In this document: positions 54,301-61,630 of the stretch, one piece after another
Position numbering within the stretch: the first letter of the stretch is position 1
Layout of the letters: every line of letters starts with the position of its first letter
DNA from: Octopus vulgaris
Lineage: Eukaryota
Direction of reading: 5' to 3'
DNA length: 64,000 nt
Assembly: GCA_951406725.2 (NCBI GenBank)
Contig: OX597830.1
Location: forward strand, 41,602,001-41,666,000
Position numbers and translations under genes: made by a program
Notes under the pieces: model-generated
The model's database searches: none
The model's input: only the letters and a program-made list of their open reading frames with translations
Told to the model about the DNA's origin: nothing

Positions 54301-57300
54301 CAGCCTCCAGCCTGGTCTTCACCAAGTTCTGTGCTTAGGACACTCCTGCTCTCCTGGTTGCTGAAGAAATCATCTTCCACATCCTCATTGCTGGCAGTGC
54401 TGCTTCCCTCCTCACTGGTCTCCATAAGGGCTGTCTCTACAACAGTCTCCATGGTGTTCATTACACTGCTAACCTGGTTGTTATTATACTGCTCCAGCCA
54501 GAACAGGAAAAACTTGGGGTGGAAGGCAGCGATCAGCTGGCAATCCAGGTCTTCTAGGAGGAGCCCAAACCTTTCCGTGATGCCTGCCAGTATTGTCTAC
54601 CATAGGACTGCAGTACAGATGTTTGAACTTGGCCTCCTTCAACTTCATAATGGTAGCCACTACAGTTGGCAGAAGGCTCCCGAGACAGGCCTGGTCCTCA
54701 CACTGGATTTTACCCAAGGCCTTGGCAACATTATACATCACCTGGGTGTACTCCGTCAGGAAGCCAACATCAGAGTCAGTGAAGGTCTGCAGCTTCAGCA
54801 GAGTAATCACTCTGTGGACAGCTCCACTATTCTTCACCAGCAGGTAGTCGAAGACAACACAGTCATAGAGTTCCATCTGGTACTTTTGGGGACCACCAGC
54901 TTCCTCTTCAGTGCATCCAGAATGCTGTCTGCCACCACCGTGCTGCGGTTCTGCAGATTCCGCAGCCGTTGTGCCTTGGACATGGTCTTCCTGTAGGCTC
55001 ACTTGAACAAAGTGCTGTCAAGAGCCTTCATGTGCACTGGCAGGCCACTGGATCCATCAAAGATGGCATCAACAATGATATACTCTACTTTGTCCACATC
55101 CCCAGCCTCGGGATCCACGTGCAGGTCTACATCCTTGACATCCTCCACATCTGGATTGGCAGCAGCTTCTGGAATGTCTGGCAAGAGTTCATCTTCTGTA
55201 CCAAACTGCATAAATGCCTTGACAAAGTTATTGTTGTTGTCTGTCGTGGTCCTGGTCACCTTGTCTTGCAGATGGAACTTGTAATGGGTGTCCACCATGG
55301 CCTGGGCGAGAGCATCAAAGGTATGATGTGCTCTGAACTGAGAGCAGGCCAGGACAGGTGTTGTCTCGTGCGGGTCTGGGGGTCCAGCCAGTGTGCTGTC
55401 ATCCCCAGGTTAGACTTGTTGTGGGCTGACCAACAGTCTACGGTGGTCGCCACCAAGGGGACATCCTTGTGCAATTTGTAATTTTTAAGAAGTTAAATTG
55501 TAAAGAGAGATAAGTTGTAAAGTTAAAAACTTAAAATTATATCTATCTATCTATGGGAACTAACGAACAAATATTGACTGGTGTACTTTCTTTGCCCATG
55601 GCTGCAACGACTAGCTACTGGCATTGATACCAGAAGATTGCCTGTGTTTTCCACGGGAAGAGCCGACCTCGAAATTAGTCTCAGACTTGTCACGATTCGT
55701 TCGTTAGTTTCCGTGTGCGTAACAGCATGTGTCGTCAGCTATAAACACATGAAATATTATATAAGGTTGTCCCAAAAGTTCGTAAAAACTTTGCGAAAAT
55801 TTGAATTTTTATGCAATTTTTAATTGTTTGTTTGGGTTTATATTGTTATAGTCAATTTTCCCAAGTGTTTACGAACTTTTGGGACAACCTAATAACTAAT
55901 AATACGAATTTTTCGACGTCGATCTAGTTTTCCTTTTGAAATTTTACGGATTTTACATAAACAAATGAAGCAGGTAAGAACGAACCCTAGTCGCATACGC
56001 ATACAGGCACAAAAAATGCATGCATGCATACATAAATAAATCGCACATTATAAATATGCAAGGCTTTTCTCAAGTTTAAAATGCGACGTTATTTTTGTTA
56101 TCTGACAACACGTGCTATCACGAACACGGAAACGAATGAATCTAGTCAAGTCTGAAACTTATTCTGATTGATTGTCCAATTTGCTATTATACATTTTATT
56201 ACATTAATTTGAAAAAATATTATTTAATAAATAATTTTTAAAAATTAAGAAAAGAAGTATGCCATAGTAATAATTGAATAAGCTTGTATAATTTTAATTA
56301 ATAAATACCTTGCAAGATACTCCTGCCGTTTACGGCTGGCCAAGATCATCCTGCCCAGGGTGTAGCAGGACATCGAAGTCTTGTTGGGGTTCAGCGTCTT
56401 AATCAAGTCGACAAAGGTGGGAGACTCCACTACATGCAGCGGTAGCATGTTGTCAACAAACAGGTCTACAATCCTTCTGTCCACCATAGACTGATGGACG
56501 CCACCAGTGTCAGCAGTTTGGGCAAATGCCTCGTTAATGCTGGACTGGCGTGCTTTCTTTACACATGGCTGCGACGACTGGTTACTAGCACTGCTACCAG
56601 AAGATTGCCTGTGCTTCCCACGGGAAGAGCCGGCCTTGATCCTTTCCTCAAACTGGATGGCATACGCTGGGTGTTTCCTCTTGGCATGTGACTTCAAGTT
56701 GTAGAGGCTCGTCACTTGTCCCTTGATGGTGATCTCCTTGGGCCGGCACATGACGCATCGGAAGAATAGGATTTTGGCGTTCCTCTTATCCCTTGAAGTA
56801 AGGACAAAGTAGTCTTCCAGGTGGGACCACGGGTTCTGAGATTCCAGGCTCTCAGTCTGAGTGATCTCTGCCTTAACCACAGTCATTGCAGACTCCTCAG
56901 ACCGAACATAAACGTCTTCACCTTCCATAACGACAAGCGTTAGCTAGGTAATCCAAACAACTTACATCGCTGTCACTAAGACTTTCTCTAACGTGACAAT
57001 GTTGTGAGAAAAGCTGCTGAGTCGACCAAACACGTCTTGTCACGTGTAAACGTAATCAGCCAATAGCGTGCCTGACTGACTCTTCGAGACACGCCCACAA
57101 CAGACAGGAACAAACGTATGAATTTTGTTAGCAGTGTCAAATTTAGCGGAAGCAAACTGGTCCGCTAACGGTTTTTAAAGTAAGATTTGCGGAACCGTGC
57201 CCATCATTGGAAATCACGGTCTCGCGGTCGTGAGTGCAAGTTATATATAAGTGGTAGTGAACTGTGACGCGCAATGGAATGGAACCCAGAACCGAGTGGG

Positions 57301-57811
57301 TGCAAAGCAAACTTCTTAACCACTCAATCTCGGCAGCCCGAGCTTAATTTCAAATTCATTCAACTGTTTATTTTTGCGTTTTTTGGTCAGTGTAGGCCTT
57401 GACTTTCAGGGGAAACAACTCTCACTACTATTTTTATAAGAGAAGAGATTTAGAAATCTCCGGATGATTTTAACTCAACTTGATATCTGAAAAAATATTC
57501 AAATATTTAAATCTGTATTAAGTCTCTATCGGTTTCATCTCCGATCGTGATCGAATATGCTTTTCGTGGATACGTATATAGTACTGGACAGGATTCGAAC
57601 TAAGAATCTTTATTTCTAAACTACGTCAATGACCTCGTCGATGAAAAATATTATTACCTCAGTTTAAAAATACGTATTTCTAGTTCAGATCCAGTTCGGA
57701 TCTAAAGCTGAAGTTACTCTATAATCGCATTAACAGCTCATCACAGACATTAATTATATTAGAATTACAGTTAAGAAAGATAAAATTGATTCACCTTATA
57801 AAAGCTGCCAT
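18381..57811 (-). CDS. PEPD: Xaa-Pro dipeptidase (prolidase, peptidase M24B); 16 coding exons, 500 aa
   Basis: Exons join in frame (17+184+128+64+48+62+45+76+47+69+78+149+185+108+84+159 = 1503 nt) and all introns are GT-AG. Motifs [57 protein letters not shown] and VRIEDDV are present, giving the D, D, H, E, E metal ligands. Confidence 0.98.
19718..19801 (-). CDS. PEPD: PEPD exon 15 ([28 protein letters not shown])
   Basis: TTTTTAG acceptor, GTATGT donor, 84 nt. Confidence 0.95.
20683..21298 (-). mobile_element. Palindromic tRNA-head/hammerhead-like retroelement, copy 2 (intact; in PEPD intron 14)
   Basis: Inverted arms meet at ~21016. Each arm = tRNA-like head (A-box TGGTGTAGTGG / TGGCATAGTGG, B-box GAGTTCGAT) + trinucleotide tract + tail with CTGATGA..GAAA. 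Perfect 12-bp flanking repeat GTGATTTTAAAT at 20671-20682 and 21299-21310. Confidence 0.88.
22278..22385 (-). CDS. PEPD: PEPD exon 14 ([36 protein letters not shown])
   Basis: TTTTTTAACCAAG acceptor, GTGAGT donor, 108 nt. Confidence 0.96.
24581..24765 (-). CDS. PEPD: PEPD exon 13 ([12 protein letters not shown]...[20 protein letters not shown])
   Basis: CAATAG acceptor, GTATGT donor, 185 nt. Confidence 0.98.
24935..25779 (+). mobile_element. Internally deleted Tc1/mariner (maT, DD37D-type) transposon relic
   Basis: Broken frames give [47 protein letters not shown]. Diverged TIRs CATGGTGCAATGGGTAAATTGTTGC / reverse complement CAGGATACTGTGAATATATCGTTGC, TA-flanked. Confidence 0.8.
25984..26032 (+). 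repeat. Degenerate (TTAGGG)n tract
   Basis: TTTAAGGGTTTAGGGTTAGGGTTTTAGGGTCAGGGTTAGGATTGGGG. Confidence 0.75.
26033..26933 (+). pseudogene. 5'-truncated mariner (DD34D-type) transposase relic with right TIR
   Basis: [23 protein letters not shown] and [13 protein letters not shown] motifs across frameshifts. Right TIR (reverse complement TTAGGTTGGCAACTAAGTTCCCACC) followed by TA. Confidence 0.92.
27433..27581 (-). CDS. PEPD: PEPD exon 12 ([42 protein letters not shown])
   Basis: TTTCAG acceptor, GTAAGT donor, 149 nt. Confidence 0.98.
27955..28300. repeat. GA-rich low-complexity tract
   Basis: GAGA/GACA/GGGA runs. Similar purine-rich tracts at ~31130-31400 and ~45630-45930. Confidence 0.85.
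28800..29330 (-). pseudogene. Degraded LINE (RTE-like) reverse transcriptase fragment
   Basis: Minus frame ..[49 protein letters not shown] (RT FADD motif) with stops. Confidence 0.75.
30758..31105. mobile_element. hAT (Charlie-like) MITE
   Basis: Termini CAGGGGTTCT / AGAACCACTA. Perfect 8-bp TSD GGCTAAAG at 30750-30757 and 31106-31113. Confidence 0.85.
32076..32153 (-). CDS. PEPD: PEPD exon 11 ([27 protein letters not shown])
   Basis: CTTTCAG acceptor, GTAAG donor, 78 nt. Confidence 0.98.
35280..35348 (-). CDS. PEPD: PEPD exon 10 ([24 protein letters not shown])
   Basis: TGTTGCAG acceptor, GTAAAT donor, 69 nt. Confidence 0.97.
39769..39815 (-). CDS. PEPD: PEPD exon 9 ([16 protein letters not shown])
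   Basis: TTCCAG acceptor, GTAAAA donor, 47 nt. Confidence 0.97.
39923..40304. mobile_element. Fold-back MITE with ~140-bp terminal inverted repeats
   Basis: TAAGGTAAATT..AAGATTCAATAGGG..CCACTTGCTAAAATC..CCAAAAACCACCATAAAAC is mirrored at ~40170-40304; AT-dinucleotide flanks. Confidence 0.85.
40754..40829 (-). CDS. PEPD: PEPD exon 8 ([26 protein letters not shown])
   Basis: TTTCAG acceptor, GTAAGT donor, 76 nt. Confidence 0.98.
41094..41138 (-). CDS. PEPD: PEPD exon 7 ([16 protein letters not shown])
   Basis: Poly-T-CAG acceptor, GTATGT donor, 45 nt. Confidence 0.97.
42621..42682 (-). CDS. PEPD: PEPD exon 6 ([21 protein letters not shown])
   Basis: TTCCAG acceptor, GTAAGT donor, 62 nt. Confidence 0.97.
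43320..43367 (-). CDS. PEPD: PEPD exon 5 ([16 protein letters not shown])
   Basis: TTCATAG acceptor, GTAAGT donor, 48 nt. Confidence 0.96.
44858..44921 (-). CDS. PEPD: PEPD exon 4 ([22 protein letters not shown])
   Basis: GACCAG acceptor, GTATTA donor, 64 nt. Confidence 0.95.
46174..46301 (-). CDS. PEPD: PEPD exon 3 ([43 protein letters not shown])
   Basis: TTTTAG acceptor, GTAAGC donor, 128 nt. Confidence 0.98.
47571..47996 (+). pseudogene. Penelope-like element GIY-YIG endonuclease relic
   Basis: Broken plus frames [76 protein letters not shown], matching the C-terminal GIY-YIG pattern of PLEs. Too fragmented to appear in the ORF track. Confidence 0.85.
48620..49856 (-). mobile_element. 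Near full-length but inactivated maT (DD37D-type Tc1/mariner) transposon
   Basis: TIRs CAAGGTGCATAAGATATTTAAGGACA / reverse complement CAGGGTGTGTAAGGTATCTGAGGACA, TA-flanked. ORF from ATG 49763 has frameshifts and stops; motifs [14 protein letters not shown] (FSDE mutated), YVFQ*DSA and [14 protein letters not shown]. Confidence 0.92.
50377..50560 (-). CDS. PEPD: PEPD exon 2 ([43 protein letters not shown])
   Basis: TTTTTTACAG acceptor, GTGACT donor, 184 nt. Confidence 0.98.
51901..52256 (+). mobile_element. Helentron-associated (HINE-like) element, copy 2
   Basis: Colinear with 14692-15052, with the same termini and (GTTT)n. Confidence 0.7.
54085..55480 (-). pseudogene. hAT transposase exon 2 (DDE and dimerisation domains), frameshifted
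   Basis: [37 protein letters not shown] and [18 protein letters not shown]. Poly(A) signal on the minus strand at ~53986-53991. Confidence 0.9.
55678..56158. mobile_element. PIF/Harbinger-type (Tourist-like) MITE inside the hAT intron
   Basis: ~60-bp imperfect TIRs GTCTCAGACTTG.. / ..CAAGTCTGAAAC. TTA TSD at 55675-55677 and 56159-56161. Confidence 0.7.
55762..55892. mobile_element. 131-bp mariner-type MITE nested in the Harbinger-type MITE
   Basis: TIRs TAAGGTTGTCCCAAAAGTTCGTAAA / TTTACGAACTTTTGGGACAACCTAA; TA TSD. Confidence 0.9.
56309..56928 (-). CDS. hAT transposase exon 1: BED zinc finger + DNA-binding domain (open frame; runs to 56245 if unspliced)
   Basis: [17 protein letters not shown] (BED finger) and [20 protein letters not shown]. 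Candidate donor AAG|GTATTT at 56309/56308. Confidence 0.85.
57041..57098 (-). promoter_or_regulatory. Candidate hAT transposase promoter motifs
   Basis: E-box CACGTG (57041-57046), CCAAT (57060-57064) and GC-box-like ACGCCCAC (57091-57098), ~110-170 bp upstream of the ATG. Motif match only. Confidence 0.35.
57795..57811 (-). CDS. PEPD: PEPD exon 1, coding part (MAAFIS)
   Basis: AAAATGG Kozak context and AG|GTGAAT donor. 17 nt, phase compatible with exon 2. An in-frame upstream ATG at 57820 would add MLK. Confidence 0.85.
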
Positions 57812-58063
57812 TTTCAGCATCGGACGAAACCAAAAGCGTGAATGTTTTATATTACAAAAGCACCGCGTAAAACGGTGCTGTGTCCGTGGCGTGTGCCTAA
57901 CAATAATATCTCTGATCAACCTCTCAATATACGATGGATGACCAAAGAGTGTTTAGATACAAAGGCCATTCAATATTTAGCATTAGAGCATCGAATGTAA
58001 ATCCGATGAAACTGCGACGGTCTGCAGTGGCAGAATCAGAACTTACGTCGAATCTTTTCCATC

Positions 58064-58392
58064 TCAAGCACGAAATAACTTCTAAAATACAAAATTTTGT
58101 CAAAAACGTTAAGAGTAAATCCCGTTCTATGTGACACATTCAACCAGTATCCGAAGTTTCAAAGTGTTTAGTTAAAAAAAAAATTAATTTAAAAAATCTG
58201 TGCTTGAAATGGAAAAGATCAAAGATCCCATAATCTCTATAATAAACATGGGATCTTTGACCGGCAGATTTAAAAAATAACTTCTTTGTAACTAAACAGT
58301 TTTAAACTTCGTATACTAGTGTCACATAAAACATCTTTTTCTCTTGGCGTTCTTGAGAAAATTCTGTAGTTTGTAAGCTATTTCTTGTTTAA
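58064..58392. repeat. Imperfect inverted repeat (two outward-facing MITE ends) upstream of the PEPD start
   Basis: Core TCAAAGATCCCAT (58219-58231) / ATGGGATCTTTGA (58248-58260); arms align for ~150 bp. Confidence 0.75.
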
Positions 58393-59199
58393 TTTCTCGT
58401 ATTTCGGCAATTTCAACCAATATGATATTGAATGGAATAATTCCCCCTTTGAACTTTTTTTGACTACCTGTGTGTGTGTGTGCGCGCGCGCTCGTGCGGT
58501 AGAAATCTACGGATGCACAGACGCTCAAAACGGAGAAAATAAAACGAATATGCACGACTTGTTCCGAAACACCTCCGCCGAGTGGGGAACGTTTCTCAAA
58601 AATAACCCCCAATTGTTTTCCCCCAAAATTCCTACGTCCTCGGAATCTACATAGTTTGAGGTATGTTTGTAGAGAATTTCATTTAAAATATCCATTTTCT
58701 TGAAAGTTAAGACGAATTGAAATGGTGAATTTGCTGAAATTCCCCACTCCACCCCCTCCTAAAACACTTTCCCACCAAAAGTTTGTATATTCGAAATCTA
58801 CATGATATAACACATATTCGTAGAAAATTTCATTAAAAAATTTCCATTTTTCTGAAAGTTATGATCATCCAAAGTCGGGAGGAGGGGGCAGAAATCTGTA
58901 GTTATGCCGACTTTTATTTATCGAGTCCAACCACTTGAAGTTTTCGAATTTTCACCAGATTATATATTTAAAATGTTATTCTTGTGTAGTTTTGCATGCT
59001 GATGAGGAGAAAAAAAAGTTACAAGCATTCGTTCGATTGCTGATGTCATGGAGATCAACATACACAATGACGTCGAAAGCGCTACGTGGTCTCTCGACTT
59101 ACTAGAAATAGCAGCCAAATCTTCCTTCAACAACGTTTTTTTTTTATTGCCCACAGGGGGCCAGACATAGAGGGGCGGTACAAATGAGGGCGGGATCGA

Positions 59200-60390
59200 T
59201 GGTTTTTACACAGAGGTGAGAAATTAGAAATTTATATAATCGAATGATGGACAAATAATAAGCAAAACAAATACCTAAACAAAGAAATGGGGAGGGGGTT
59301 GCTCGACCCCGCAAGCCCCGTGCCACCACTGTAACCTTTAGTATAGCCTTATGGATACCCTATGTGGGTTCATTCGTTCGCAACAAACTCGCCACAGCCT
59401 TCCATCTTTTTCCATATACATCAGGTGACGGGCATTTTCTCTCCACCCTTATTTTCCTCTTAAGGTGGTAGATGAAGTGATGGACCTATCCAAGGCTGAA
59501 GATGAATGTGCCTGTCACGATTCCTTTCACGCGGGTCTTCCATACCGCTTCTTTCGCTATAGCGACCACAGCGAGAAAACAAGCCTTGTCTTCATTGTTA
59601 AAAGAGGCAGAAGGAACAATATTTACAATCGACTCGCAAGACAATTGTACTCTTCCCTGCCGTGACAGCAGATGTTCAACATAAACCCACATCACAGAAA
59701 TTTGGGGGGCGTTGTACAACTGCGTGCAGAACGGTTTCCATGCTTTGCGAGTTTATCGCGAACTGGTAAGGCTCCTCGGTAACACTGCCAGGCCAGGGAT
59801 TCCTGGGAAGTTATCCAAGGATCCTGGCCCGAATGTCCTTAAGAACAGACTGGCTAGTTGATACTCATCGAAGCCTAGAGTTTCCCTCAGTACGTCGTCA
59901 CACTGAGCCTCTACCAACCCTCTACAGATTAACACCAGCACGATTTTCACTAAGAAAATTTTAAAAAGAACTCGGATTTTTTGCGGGGAATCAAGTACCC
60001 TGACCTCCTAATATGCTGCAAATCCCATATTTTGGTTCGGAATTGGTCCGGAGGGGGTCCCCCCACCCCCGGAATTTTTCACACAAAAAAAAAAATCAAG
60101 CTCCCTCACCCTTCCGAACCCAAATATGGGATTTGCAGCATATTAGGAGAGGTCAGGGTACTTCATTCCACGCAAAAAATCCGAGTTTTTTTTTTTTTTT
60201 CTTAGTGAAAATCGTGCGGGTGTTAATCTGTAATTTTACCTTCTACCAACCCCCTATAGAAAGACGAGGTGGAACCCCCGTCACTGGCGTTGCCCGAGTG
60301 ACAGAGAAGCTTGAGTGCCTCACGACACTCTGCTTGCCAACCACCCAACCTTTCTGCAGCCTCACTCTTTGCGCTGATTTGTATATTATA
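59200..60390 (-). pseudogene. 3' fragment of a Tx1/L1-like LINE interrupted by a fold-back MITE
   Basis: Broken minus frames ..ECREALKLL..FYRGLVE|AQCDDVLRETLG..LDNF..LAWQCYRGALPVRDKL..WVYVEHLL..VAIAKEAVWKTR.. (zf-RVT/C-terminal pattern); GC-rich. Confidence 0.75.
59925..60230. mobile_element. Fold-back MITE with ~118-bp TIRs
   Basis: TA|CAGATTAACACC..GGTTCGGAA (59925-60042) mirrored by TTCCGAACC..GGTGTTAATCTG|TA (60112-60230). Confidence 0.9.
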
Positions 60391-60526
60391 GCTAAATAAT
60401 GCTATTTGCCGGCGAACTACCTATGTTACTACTGTTGATACCATCAATTTTAAACTGGTCGTGTGCATACGTGCATATATATGTTTGTATACGTTCGTGT
60501 ATGTAATTTATGTGCAATCTGAGTCT

Positions 60527-60585
60527 ATTCCACTGATGAAGGCAAAGCATTCTTTATGCAGAGTCAGAAATCCGGGATCTGGAAT
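60527..60585 (+). ncRNA. Type I hammerhead ribozyme motif (minimal stem III)
   Basis: Stem I ATTCCA/TGGAAT; core CTGATGA (60533-60539); stem II GGC..GCAT/ATGC..GTC; GAAA (60567-60570); stem III ATCC-G-GGAT; predicted cleavage after AUC (C60579). Confidence 0.7.
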
Positions 60586-60810
60586 CATCCAGTAATTGTT
60601 TTGCTAGTTTATTTTGTCTCTTTGTCTCCTCTCCTGGTGCTGTATGAACATTTGATGTGGTTTTAGAGTCAAGTTTTGGCTGCTATTTCCAGCGTGGTGA
60701 TATCTCTTAGATACCCTAAATTATAATTTTAATAATAATTATTACCTTTGAAGGTTTTTATTCACATGCTGGCCATCTGATAAGATCGATATTTAAATAA
60801 CGATCTTATC

Positions 60811-60864
<54 letters not shown>

Positions 60865-60867
60865 CAT

Positions 60868-60924
<57 letters not shown>

Positions 60925-61364
60925 ATTGAAAACTTACTGTGAACAAGGCTGCATGGCGTTCGATTATAAAGAAATATAAAATACATCAAGTACAGGACAT
61001 CACCAATGAGTAAAAAATACGCAAACACATAATGAGAGATGAGAGACAAGTACAGGACAGAATAGCAAAAGAAGTCTAACCCCTCCTCGGTTGTTGACTG
61101 TTAATTACTCCCTATTTTGAGCCCTCAACGTCAAGATAGGAAACCTTCATAAAACAGAAATTTTAAAAATATGAAATTGGTGGAGAGTTAGAGCTTCGAA
61201 CGAATAGGCAACAACAGAGAGTAGAAGTGTCCTGTTCTCATTGTATATATTTTGATATTTTATCTCTTGTGTGTTTATGTATTTTTCACTCGTTGGTGAT
61301 GTCTTGTACTTGACGTATTCTACACACACACACACACACACACATGTATATATATATATATATA

Positions 61365-61518
61365 CTTTATTTTAAGCAGCAGAAAATTCAACAAAATCTG
61401 TTACTCTGAGTTTCTCGTTGCCGTTCATCAGACAGTTTTTGCAAAAACTGTCTGATGAACGGCAACGAGAAACTCAGAGTAACAGATTTTGTTGAATTTA
61501 CTGCTGCTTAAAATAAAG
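61365..61518. repeat. 154-bp spacerless palindrome made of two inverted minimal hammerhead motifs
   Basis: 77-bp arms, one mismatch, centre TTTTTG|CAAAAA at 61441/61442. Each strand reads CTGT-CTGATGA-ACGGCAACGA-GAAA-CTCAGAG-TA-ACAG. Confidence 0.9.
61448..61485 (+). ncRNA. Minimal type I hammerhead ribozyme motif (mirror copy on the minus strand at 61398-61435)
   Basis: Stem I CTGT/ACAG; CTGATGA; stem II CG-GCAA-CG; GAAA; stem III ACTC-A-GAGT; predicted cleavage after GUA (A61481). Confidence 0.65.
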
Positions 61519-61587
61519 CATATTACTCTACCACTGGTATTTGAGTACTCTTTTTTCCACCTTGTTTCACATTTATGTGTTTACTCC

Positions 61588-61629
<42 letters not shown>

Positions 61630-61630
<1 letters not shown>

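Larger units (their letters stand above)
53646..57209 (-). mobile_element. Full-length hAT (Ac/Tol2-like) DNA transposon, 3564 bp, in PEPD intron 1
   Basis: TIRs CAGTGGTGGGCAC / reverse complement CAATGATGGGCAC. Perfect 8-bp TSD GAAATCAC at 53638-53645 and 57210-57217. Subterminal GCTAAC-like repeats. It splits a SINE head, whose halves lie at ~53600-53637 and 57218-57240. Confidence 0.95.

Noticed and set aside
54178-54996. 272-aa plus-strand ORF (also 54969-55481)
   Set aside because: Antisense shadow of the GC-rich minus-strand hAT transposase; no recognisable domain.
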